From assembly GCA_051650465.1 (NCBI GenBank), contig JBOFJB010000371.1:1-35629 (forward strand): a stretch of 35,629 nt of DNA, in the 5' to 3' direction. A program made the position numbers and the translations under genes. Below the pieces are notes generated by a model. That model did not search any database. It saw nothing but the letters and a program-made list of their open reading frames with translations, and was not told the origin of the DNA. This document shows positions 15,705 through 24,014 of this stretch, piece by piece (within the stretch, counting starts at the first letter, position 1; each line of letters begins with the position of its first letter). This DNA is from Dermatophilaceae bacterium (GTDB lineage: Bacteria; Actinomycetota; Actinomycetes; Actinomycetales; Dermatophilaceae).

Positions 15705-16613
15705 ATGCACACCTGTGACGTCGCGGTCGTCGGCGGCGGCGCCGCCGGCCTGACCGCGGCCCTGCTGCTCGCCCGCGCCCGCCGCGACGTGGTCGTCGTC
15801 GACGCGGGCGAGCCGCGCAACGCGCCGGCACTCCATGCGCGGGGCTACCTGAGCCGGGACGACAGCTCGCCCGCGGACATCCTCGCCGCCGGGCGGGCCG
15901 AGGTGGTCGGGTACGGCGGCACGGTCCGCGAGGGCCGCGTCGACCGGGTGGATGCCGAGCGGACCCTGCATCTCGCGGACGGCGAGCGCCTGCGGGCCGC
16001 GCGGGTGCTGGTGGCGACCGGGCTGGTCGACCGGCTGCCGGCCGTGCCGGGTGTTGCGGAGCGGTGGGGCCGCGACGTGCTGCACTGCCCGTACTGCCAC
16101 GCGTGGGAGGTGCGTGACCAGCCGCTCGTCGTACTCGGGACCCATCCCAACGCGGTGCACCACGCGCTGCTGCTGCGGCAGTGGAGCGCCGAGGTGACCC
16201 TCGCCACGCACGAGCTGGACCCCACGGCCGAGGACCGGGTCGCGCTGGCCGCCCGCGGCGTGGCCGTCGCCGAGGGCCCGGTGGCCGAGGTGGTGGTCGG
16301 CGGCGACGCGGTCACCGGCGTTCGGGTGGATGGCGAGGTGCACCCGTGCCGCGCGGTGTTCCTCTTCCCCCACATGGCGCCGCGCGACGACTTCCTGGGC
16401 GAGCTGGGCGTCGAGCGCGACCCGCGCGGCTTCCCGGTCGTCGACGCGGGCGGCCGCACCTCGGTGCCGTGGGTCTACGTCGCCGGCAACGCGACCGACC
16501 CGCGCGCCCAGGTGGTCACCGCCGCCGGACAGGGCTCCGCCGTCGCGTTCGCACTGCACAACGAGCTGGTCGCCGACGAGGTCGCCCGCGCCGTCGCGGA
16601 GCACGGGCGATGA
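15705..16613 (+). CDS. Thioredoxin-reductase-like FAD oxidoreductase with CPYC redox motif; candidate HlmI/GliT/DepH-type dithiol oxidase
   Basis: DVAVVGGGAAGLTAALLLAR is the FAD fold, and HCPYCHAWE is a CxxC redox centre. The size is about 300 aa. Confidence 0.85.
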   Translation: MHTCDVAVVGGGAAGLTAALLLARARRDVVVVDAGEPRNAPALHARGYLSRDDSSPADILAAGRAEVVGYGGTVREGRVDRVDAERTLHLADGERLRAARVLVATGLVDRLPAVPGVAERWGRDVLHCPYCHAWEVRDQPLVVLGTHPNAVHHALLLRQWSAEVTLATHELDPTAEDRVALAARGVAVAEGPVAEVVVGGDAVTGVRVDGEVHPCRAVFLFPHMAPRDDFLGELGVERDPRGFPVVDAGGRTSVPWVYVAGNATDPRAQVVTAAGQGSAVAFALHNELVADEVARAVAEHGR

Positions 16614-17632
16614 CCGGGGCCGACGCCGCCTGGCGGCTGTGGGAGATGAGCGACCTGACCGCGCCGTGGGCGCTGCGGGTCGTGTGCACCCTCGGCGTCG
16701 CCGATCTCGTGGCCGACGGCTGCGACCGGGTGGACGACCTCGCCGAACGGACCGGCACCGACGCCGCCGCCCTGGCCCGGGTGCTGCGCCACCTCGCTGC
16801 GCGAGGCGTGGTCGCCGAGCCGGAACCGGGTCGGTTCTCGCTCACCGAGGCCGGGGAGTGCCTGCGCGACGGCCACCCGAGCCGGATGCGGGAGTGGCTG
16901 AGCACCGACGGCGCGGCCGGCCGCATGGACGAGGTGTACGCGGCGCTGCTGACCAGCGTCCGCACCGGCGAGCCCGCGTACCGCGCGATCCACGGCCGGT
17001 CGTTCTACGACGACCTTCACGCGCAGCCCGCCCTGCAGCGCTCGTTCGACGAGCTGATGCGCGAGGACTCGGTGGACTACGCCCCGATCGTCGAGCAGCA
17101 GGACTGGTCGACCACGCGGCACGTGGTGGATGTCGGCGGCGGCCACGGCGAGCTGCTCGGGCACCTCCTGCGCACCCACGAGCACCTGCGCGGCACGCTC
17201 TTCGAGCTTCCCGGCACGGCCGACGCGGCGCGCGCGCATCTCGCCCCGCTCGGCGACCGTGCCGCCGTCGAGGCAGGCTCGTTCCTCGACGGGGTGCGGC
17301 CGGCCGGAGCCGACGGCTACGTCCTGGCGTCCGTGCTGCACAACTGGAGCGATGCCGACGCGGCCACCATCCTGCGCCGCGTCGCCGAGGCCGCCGCCCC
17401 CGGCGCGCGGGTCCTCGTCGTGGAGAACGTCGTCGACGAGACCACCGACTCCAGGTGGGTCACCCACCTGGACCTGAAGATGCTCGTGCTGCTCGGCGGC
17501 CGCGAGCGCACCGTCGCGGAGTACGAGGCGCTGGGCGAGGCCACCGGGCTGCGCGCGACCGGCGCCACGGCGGTCGCCCGCGGACCGTTCATGCTGCCCA
17601 GCGCGGTGATCGGGTTCACCGCCGGTGGATGA
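16610..17632 (+). CDS. SAM-dependent methyltransferase, COMT/Methyltransf_2 type with N-terminal winged-helix dimerisation domain
   Basis: VVDVGGGHGELL is the SAM motif I, and VLHNWSDADA is the LHDW-type catalytic His segment. There is an ATGA overlap with the upstream flavoenzyme. Confidence 0.85.
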   Translation: MTGADAAWRLWEMSDLTAPWALRVVCTLGVADLVADGCDRVDDLAERTGTDAAALARVLRHLAARGVVAEPEPGRFSLTEAGECLRDGHPSRMREWLSTDGAAGRMDEVYAALLTSVRTGEPAYRAIHGRSFYDDLHAQPALQRSFDELMREDSVDYAPIVEQQDWSTTRHVVDVGGGHGELLGHLLRTHEHLRGTLFELPGTADAARAHLAPLGDRAAVEAGSFLDGVRPAGADGYVLASVLHNWSDADAATILRRVAEAAAPGARVLVVENVVDETTDSRWVTHLDLKMLVLLGGRERTVAEYEALGEATGLRATGATAVARGPFMLPSAVIGFTAGG

Positions 17633-18632
17633 CGCTCCGGCTCGCCCTCGCGCGCCGCGGTGGCTCGGCCCCGTGCTCTCCTTCGCCGCCTCGGCCGTGA
17701 CGCTGACCGTGCTGTGCGTCGTGCTCCCCCGGGTCATGCCGGGCGATCCGCTGTCGGCGCTGTGGACCGAGGGGGCGCGGGAGTACGTGTACGACGACGC
17801 CGAGCGCGCCGCGCTCCGGGCGTCCTACGGTGGCGACCGGCCGCTCGCGCAGCAGGTCGTGGGCGATCTCGGCAGGCTGTTCGGTGGCGACCTCGGCGTG
17901 TCGATCCGATACGACGAGCCGGTCGCGGGTCTGCTCGGCGAGCGGCTGCCCCGCACCGTGCTGCTCGTGGGCTCGGCGATGGTGCTCGGCGTGACCCTCG
18001 GGGCGTCCGGCGGCGCCGTCGCCGGGTGGTGGCGGGGCGGGCCGATCGACCGTTCGGGGCTCGCCGTCGTGACGCTGGTGCGCGCGACGCCGACGTTCTT
18101 CCTCGCGGCCCTGGCGTTGTACGCGTTCGCGGTCCACCTGTCGTGGTTCCCGGTCTCGGGTCACGCGTCGCCGTTCCGCGAGCCGGATGCCGGGCCCCTC
18201 GCGGTCGTGGGCGACCTGCTCCATCACCTGGCGCTACCGGCCGCGGTGCTGGCGGCTACCGTCGCCGCCGGGCAGTTCCTCGTCCTGCGTGCCTCCATGC
18301 TGACCCAGCGTCGGGCCAGGCACCTGCTCGGCGCCCGCGCCCGCGGGGCGAGCGAAGGCCAGGTGCTGCGCCGGCACGCCGCACGAGGGGCCGCCCCGCC
18401 CGGGGTGGCGCTGGCCGGCATCCAGGCGGGTGCCGTGATGACCGGCGCGGTGGTGGTGGAGTCGGTGTTCGCGTACCCGGGGCTCGGTGAGCTGCTGGTC
18501 GATGCCGTCTCCTACCGCGACTACCCGGTGATGCAGGGCGCGTTCCTCACCCTGACGCTGACCGTCCTGGTCGCGAACCTGGCGGCCGACCTCGCGCTGC
18601 GCCGGCTGGACCCCAGGGTCGGGGCGCCGTGA
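17625..18632 (+). CDS. ABC transporter permease, DppB/OppB/NikB type
   Basis: VMPGDPLSALW is at the N-terminus, followed by multiple TM segments and SVFAYPGLGELLVDAV (EAA-region-like). The GTG start overlaps the methyltransferase stop by 8 nt. Confidence 0.85.
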   Translation: MDDAPARPRAPRWLGPVLSFAASAVTLTVLCVVLPRVMPGDPLSALWTEGAREYVYDDAERAALRASYGGDRPLAQQVVGDLGRLFGGDLGVSIRYDEPVAGLLGERLPRTVLLVGSAMVLGVTLGASGGAVAGWWRGGPIDRSGLAVVTLVRATPTFFLAALALYAFAVHLSWFPVSGHASPFREPDAGPLAVVGDLLHHLALPAAVLAATVAAGQFLVLRASMLTQRRARHLLGARARGASEGQVLRRHAARGAAPPGVALAGIQAGAVMTGAVVVESVFAYPGLGELLVDAVSYRDYPVMQGAFLTLTLTVLVANLAADLALRRLDPRVGAP

Positions 18633-19450
18633 GCGTGCGGCTGCGTCCGTGGCTGCCGGCCCTGCCGCTGGTGGTGCTGTCGGTGTGTGCGGTCGGTGCG
18701 CCGTGGCTCGCACCTGCCGACCCGGCCGCACCGATCGGCCCAGCACTGGCCGGCCCGTCGGCCGGACATCCGCTCGGCACGACGTCGATCGGGCAGGACG
18801 TGCTCTCCAGGGTCATGTGGGGCGGCCGGGTCTCGCTCACCGTCGCCGCAGTCGTCGCCGTGGCCTCGGTGTCGGTCGGGACCGTGGCCGGGGCCACCGC
18901 GGGGCTCCTCGACGGGCGCCTCGACACCACGGTGTGCCGTGTCGTCGACACCGTCGTGGCGGTGCCGCGACTGCCGCTGCTGGTCGTGGTGGCGGCGCTC
19001 GCCGGGCCGGGGCCGGTCACCGTCGCGCTCACGCTCGCTGCGCTCACCTGGGCTCCGGTGGCTCGAGTGGTGCGAGGCCAGGCACTCGCGCTGCGCACCG
19101 CCGGCCACGTGGCCGCCGCGCGTGGTCTCGGTGCCGGCCGCAGGCACCTGCTGCGCGTCCACGGTGTGCCCGCGCTGGTGCCGCTGGTCGGTGCGGAAGT
19201 GGCGACGGTCGCCGCCGGAGCCGTGCTCGCCGAGGCCGGGCTGGCGTTCCTCGGTCTCGCCGCCGGCGACACGGTGAGCTGGGGTGGCGACCTGCATCGC
19301 ACCCTCACCGAGCCGGGCGTGCTGCTGACCACGGCGTGGCTGTGGTGGGCCGTACCGACCGGGCTCGCCGTCACGCTGACGATCGGCTCGCTCGTCGCCG
19401 TGGGCGCACGGCTCGGCACCCCGTCCTCCCGCCTGGGGTGGTCGTCGTGA
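18629..19450 (+). CDS. ABC transporter permease, DppC/OppC/NikC type
   Basis: HPLGTTSIGQDVLSRVMWGGRVSL is the typical DppC N-terminal motif. There is a GTGA overlap with the upstream permease. Confidence 0.85.
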   Translation: MSVRLRPWLPALPLVVLSVCAVGAPWLAPADPAAPIGPALAGPSAGHPLGTTSIGQDVLSRVMWGGRVSLTVAAVVAVASVSVGTVAGATAGLLDGRLDTTVCRVVDTVVAVPRLPLLVVVAALAGPGPVTVALTLAALTWAPVARVVRGQALALRTAGHVAAARGLGAGRRHLLRVHGVPALVPLVGAEVATVAAGAVLAEAGLAFLGLAAGDTVSWGGDLHRTLTEPGVLLTTAWLWWAVPTGLAVTLTIGSLVAVGARLGTPSSRLGWSS

Positions 19451-21318
19451 CCGCGCTCCGGGTGCGTGACCTCCACGTCCGGCTCGGTGACCTGCCGGTG
19501 CTGGACGGCGTCGACCTCGACCTCTCCCGCGGCGAGGTCCTCGCGGTGGTCGGCGAGAGCGGCGCCGGCAAGTCGACCCTCGCCCTCGCCCTCGGCGGGT
19601 TGATCGACGACGGCCGGGTGACCGGCAGCATCCGGCTCGCCGACGACGTGGAGCTCGTGGGCGACCCACGGGCCGCGCACGAGGCGCGCGCCGAACGAGT
19701 CGCGGTCGCCCTGCAGGGCGCCCCGTTCGACCCGCTGCTGACCCTCGGTGAGCAGGTCGCCGCACCGTTGCGCCTGCGGCGTGGAGCGAGCCGGCGTGCG
19801 GCGGCCGCGGCCGCCGCCGAGCTCGCCGCCGAGGTGGGCCTGAGTCCGGAGCTGCTGCGGCGGCATCCGCACCAGACGTCCGGCGGCGAGCGCCGCCGCG
19901 CCGCCCTCGCCGCCGCGCTTGCCCTCGACCCGGAGGTGCTGGTCCTCGACGAGCCGACCGCCGGCCTCGACCCGGTCGGTGCGGCCCGGCTGGTCGCGAC
20001 CGTCGAGCGCCTCGCGGAGCACCGCGGCCTGGCCGTGCTGCTGGTCACCCACGCACTGGCCGAGGCGGCGCGGCTGGTTGATCGGGTGGCCGTCCTCTAC
20101 GCCGGCCGGGTGGTCGAGACGGGCGCGAGCCGGGCCGTGCTCGGTGACCCCGCCCACCCGTACACGGCCGCACTCGTCGGCAGCTACCCGGTGCTCACCA
20201 CGACGCGCGACCTGCGCCCGCTGCGCGGGACACCTCCCGACCCGGGCGACCGTCCGTCCGGATGTGCGTTCCACCCACGCTGCCCGCAGGCCGTGAGCCG
20301 GTGCCGCGAAGAGCCGGTCTCGCTCGCCCACGTCGGTGACCGCTCCCTGGCGTGCCACCTCGGCGGGCGGACCATCCGGCTCGACGCCACCCGCCTGACC
20401 GTGACCGCCGGCCGGGGACGCGACCGCCGCACCGTCCTCCACGAGGTGACCCTGCGGGTCCGCGCCGGGGAGGTGGTCGGCGTGGCCGGGCCGTCCGGCA
20501 GCGGAAAGACCACCCTCGCCCGCGCCCTCGCCGGACACCTCGCCCCCGACCGGGGCGAGGTCCGCTGCGACGGTCGCGTGCTCGGCACGGGGTGGTCCCG
20601 TGCCGACCGGGCGCAGCGTCGGCGGGTGCAGCTCGTGGCGCAGGACCCGTGGGAGTCGCTGTCGCCGCTGCGCACCGTGGCCGAGTCGCTGCGCGAGGCC
20701 GTCGACCTGGCCGATCCGCCATCGGCATCACCGACCGCGCCGGGCGAGCCGGGCGAGCCGGGCGAGCCGGGCGTGGCAGCGGGATCGACCGGACGAGCCG
20801 TGGCCGCGTCGCGGGACGCGCGGATCGTGGCGGCACTACGGGATGTCGGCGTCGCCCCGACCGAGCGCGTGCTGCGATCCCGGCCCGATGCGCTCTCCGG
20901 CGGTCAGCTGCAACGGATCTGCGTCGCGCGAGCGCTGCTCGCCGACCCTCTCGTCGTCGTCGCCGACGAGCCGACGAGCATGCTCGACCCCTCCGAGCAG
21001 GCCCGGCTCGCCGTCCTGCTCCGGGAGCGCCAGGCCGAGCTGGGGCTCGCCCTCGTGCTGGTCTCGCACGATCTCGCCCTGCTGCGCAAGGTCGCCGACC
21101 ACCTCGTCGTCCTGGACGACGGCCGGGTCGTCGACGCCGGCCCGACCGAGCGGGTGTGCCGCGAGCCGCGCAGCGAGACGGCCCGGGCGCTGCTCGCGGC
21201 GGCGCCCGCCCTCCCCCTCGCCGACGCCGTCGGCAGGTCGTCGGCACGATCCGCGGCCGACCCGTCGCCGCCGTCCGGCACCCGAGCCTCGTCACCGTCA
21301 TCCGACGCCCGCATCTGA
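19447..21318 (+). CDS. Fused double ATPase of a Dpp/Opp/Nik-type ABC importer (DppD-DppF fusion)
   Basis: There are two cassettes: GESGAGKST / SGGERRR / LVLDEPT and GPSGSGKTT / LSGGQLQR / VVADEPTS. An oligopeptide-type C-terminal segment AHPYTAAL...CAFHPRCPQA lies between them. The GTG start overlaps the permease stop. Confidence 0.9.
   Translation: MTALRVRDLHVRLGDLPVLDGVDLDLSRGEVLAVVGESGAGKSTLALALGGLIDDGRVTGSIRLADDVELVGDPRAAHEARAERVAVALQGAPFDPLLTLGEQVAAPLRLRRGASRRAAAAAAAELAAEVGLSPELLRRHPHQTSGGERRRAALAAALALDPEVLVLDEPTAGLDPVGAARLVATVERLAEHRGLAVLLVTHALAEAARLVDRVAVLYAGRVVETGASRAVLGDPAHPYTAALVGSYPVLTTTRDLRPLRGTPPDPGDRPSGCAFHPRCPQAVSRCREEPVSLAHVGDRSLACHLGGRTIRLDATRLTVTAGRGRDRRTVLHEVTLRVRAGEVVGVAGPSGSGKTTLARALAGHLAPDRGEVRCDGRVLGTGWSRADRAQRRRVQLVAQDPWESLSPLRTVAESLREAVDLADPPSASPTAPGEPGEPGEPGVAAGSTGRAVAASRDARIVAALRDVGVAPTERVLRSRPDALSGGQLQRICVARALLADPLVVVADEPTSMLDPSEQARLAVLLRERQAELGLALVLVSHDLALLRKVADHLVVLDDGRVVDAGPTERVCREPRSETARALLAAAPALPLADAVGRSSARSAADPSPPSGTRASSPSSDARI
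20742..20768 (+). repeat. In-frame 9-bp microsatellite (gggcgagcc x3) encoding PGEPGEPGEPG in a linker of the ATPase
   Basis: Read directly from the sequence. Confidence 0.8.
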
Positions 21319-21341
21319 CCACCACCATGTGAAGGAGCATC

Positions 21342-22997
21342 ATGTCCCGCCCCTCTCCCCTGACCCGACGGTCCACCCTCGGTCTGCTGCTCGCCGCCGG
21401 CGCCGCCCCGGTGCTGGGCGCGTGCTCGAGCGACGACGCCCCCGCGGCGCGTCGTGACGTCGCCCTCCGCCTGCCGGGGCAGGACGCCGGCGTGCCCACG
21501 CCGTTCACCTACCGCGGCGGGGTCGGCTTCACCCAGGCCAGCTACGTCTACGACACGCTGCTGTGGAAGGGCCCCTCCGGCGACTGGGTTCCCTGGCTGG
21601 CCGAGCGCCACGAGCGCGCCGACGACGGCCTCACCCACACCTTCACTCTGCGCGAGGGCGTCACCTGGTCCGACGGCCGGCCGTGCACCGCGGCCGACGT
21701 GGCGTTCACCTTCGAGTACCTGGAGCGCAATCGGACGAAGATCTCGCCGCGGGTGATCTCCGTGCCGCTGCCGGGGCTGGTCACCGCCGTCGGCGCCGTG
21801 GACGACCGCACGGTTCGCTTCACCCTGGCGCGGCCGGACTGGACGTTCGAGCGGTTCACCGCGGCCGGCGGCGTCTTCATCCTCCCCGAGCACGTGTGGT
21901 CGACCATCGCGGACCCCTCGACGGTGACCGACGTGGCCGCTCTCGTGGGTACCGGCCCGTTCCGGATCACCGCGATGGACACGAAGACCTTCGCCTACCG
22001 CTACGAGGCGCGCGACGACTTCTTCCTCGGCCGGCCGGTCGTGCGGACGATCGAGCACCTCCCGGTGGGCGACCCGCTCGCCGCGCTCGCCGCGGGCGAG
22101 GTCGACCAGGCCGGCGGGGTCGGGCCGGGCACCGGGTTGCGCCCGGAGGCGGTCAGGCCCTTCCGGAACGAGGAGTTCGAGATCGTCGAGGCACCACCGG
22201 GGCAGACGGTCACCGCGCTGTACTGGAACATCGCCGCCGGTGGCCCGCTCGCCGACCCGGTGTTCCGGCGGGCGTGCGCGCACGCGATCGACCGGGAGGC
22301 GCTCGTGGAGAAGGCGTTCGGCGGGGCCGGCACACCCGGCAGCCCGGGCCTGATCCCCGAGGGACACCCGATGCACGTCGAGGTCGAGCAGTACGCGTTC
22401 GACCGCTCGCGTGCGGAACGGCTGTTGGATGACGCCGGCTACCGGAGGCGAGGCGGCGGCATCCGAGCCAGCGCCGACGGCACAGCCCTGTCGTTCGAGC
22501 TGCTGCTGAGCAACGCGCAGCAGGACGCCGTCGTCGACCTCGTCGTGGCCGACCTCCGCGCGGTCGGCGTCGAGGTGCGGCCGGCGATGGTCGATCTCGC
22601 GACGTTCGGCGAGCGGCGGATGGCCGGCGACACCCAGCTCTCGGTGAACACCTTCGGTGGGACGGCGACCGACGAGCAGCCCGACGGGATGGGCAAGGTC
22701 TATGCGTCGACGTCCCGCTCGCTGCAGGCCGCGCAGGGCTACCGCAGCGCCGAGTTCGACCGGTTGCACACCCGGCAGCGCGGTCAGCTCGACGAGGCCG
22801 CGCGGGCAGCCACCGCGGCGGAGATGCAGCGCCTGGTCGCGGCCGACCTCCCCGTCCTCTCCCTGGTCTATCCCCCGCTGACCACGATCGTGCGGACCGG
22901 CGAGCTCGACGCCTGGGCCGACACGCCCGGTGGGGTCGGCGGTCTCGTGCCCAGCGTCAACAACAAGGTGACGTTCGTCCGCGGGAGCCGGCAGTGA
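21342..22997 (+). CDS. ABC substrate-binding lipoprotein, family 5 (peptide/nickel/opine-metal type)
   Basis: ATG follows GAAGGAG. There is a twin-arginine-like LTRRSTLGLL, then the lipobox LGAC. The 551-aa body has features typical of family-5 binding proteins. Confidence 0.9.
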   Translation: MSRPSPLTRRSTLGLLLAAGAAPVLGACSSDDAPAARRDVALRLPGQDAGVPTPFTYRGGVGFTQASYVYDTLLWKGPSGDWVPWLAERHERADDGLTHTFTLREGVTWSDGRPCTAADVAFTFEYLERNRTKISPRVISVPLPGLVTAVGAVDDRTVRFTLARPDWTFERFTAAGGVFILPEHVWSTIADPSTVTDVAALVGTGPFRITAMDTKTFAYRYEARDDFFLGRPVVRTIEHLPVGDPLAALAAGEVDQAGGVGPGTGLRPEAVRPFRNEEFEIVEAPPGQTVTALYWNIAAGGPLADPVFRRACAHAIDREALVEKAFGGAGTPGSPGLIPEGHPMHVEVEQYAFDRSRAERLLDDAGYRRRGGGIRASADGTALSFELLLSNAQQDAVVDLVVADLRAVGVEVRPAMVDLATFGERRMAGDTQLSVNTFGGTATDEQPDGMGKVYASTSRSLQAAQGYRSAEFDRLHTRQRGQLDEAARAATAAEMQRLVAADLPVLSLVYPPLTTIVRTGELDAWADTPGGVGGLVPSVNNKVTFVRGSRQ

Positions 22998-23974
22998 CCG
23001 GCGACGCGGGTGCGCCGGCACCGCTCGACACGACGCACCTCGGTGCGCTGGCCCCGCCCGGGTCACTCGTCGACTGGCGGCTCGCGGTCGCGTGGCGCGC
23101 GGCGAGCGAGAGCGACATCCTCGGTGCGCTGCCCGGGACCGTCGAGGATGTCGCCCGTCGGCGCGGTCTCGACCCGGGCGCGGCGCGGGCCGTCGTGCAC
23201 CTGATCGCGGTCTGGGGCCTGGTGACCGTGAACGGCGACGGGGTCGTCACCGCGGGCCCGCACGTGCTCACCCCGGCCGAGTCGGCCGCGCTGGCGCAGC
23301 ACGGCGTGTGGATCCACCGGTGGAGCGCGCTGACCGGCGAGCGGCTGCGGGACCGATCGGCGCCGGTCCCCGACACCTTGTGCCGCCCGACGACCGGCGA
23401 GGGGCTCAGGCTGCTGGCGGCGGCGAGCGCGCGGTCGATCGGGCCGGTCGTGGATGCGTGTCTCGCGGCCGTGCCGTCGGCGCGCACCGCGCTCGACCTC
23501 GGCGGCGGGCACGGCGAGCACTCGCTCGAGCTGGCGCGTCGCGGGCTGGCCGTCACGGTGCAGGACCTGCCGGAGGTGGTCGAGCTCGCCCGCGCCGACG
23601 GCCGTCTCCTCGAGGCCGGGGTCGGGCTGCACGCGCAGGACGCGTTCGACGGCGTTGCGGCCGGCCCGTTCGACCTCGTGCTCTGCTCGACGGTCACCAA
23701 CATGTTCGACGCGGATGCCGTCGTCCGGCTGGTGCGCGGAGCCCGGCCGGCGGTCGCCGCCGGCGGGGCGCTGGTCGTGGTCAGCTACCTGCGCGACCGC
23801 TCACCGGTCAGTGCGGTCTTCGGCGTGCAGATGCTGGTGTCGACGACGGGCGGGGACGCCCACGGCTCGAAGGACTACCGTGCCTGGCTCACCGAGGCGG
23901 GCTACGGGGAGGTGACCTTCCACGACCTGGGGACACCGGCGTTGACCGTCGTCGTCGCGCGCCCGGCGCCGTAG
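22994..23974 (+). CDS. Class I SAM-dependent methyltransferase with N-terminal winged-helix-like domain (second methyltransferase)
   Basis: ALDLGGGHGEHSLELARRG is the SAM motif I and VTVQDLPEVV is the acidic motif II. There is no LHDW-type His. There is a GTGA overlap with the binding-protein stop. Confidence 0.8.
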   Translation: MTGDAGAPAPLDTTHLGALAPPGSLVDWRLAVAWRAASESDILGALPGTVEDVARRRGLDPGAARAVVHLIAVWGLVTVNGDGVVTAGPHVLTPAESAALAQHGVWIHRWSALTGERLRDRSAPVPDTLCRPTTGEGLRLLAAASARSIGPVVDACLAAVPSARTALDLGGGHGEHSLELARRGLAVTVQDLPEVVELARADGRLLEAGVGLHAQDAFDGVAAGPFDLVLCSTVTNMFDADAVVRLVRGARPAVAAGGALVVVSYLRDRSPVSAVFGVQMLVSTTGGDAHGSKDYRAWLTEAGYGEVTFHDLGTPALTVVVARPAP

Positions 23975-24014
23975 CGGGGTCCGCGGGCCGGCCGCCGTCC
24001 GGGCCCCGGCCGCT

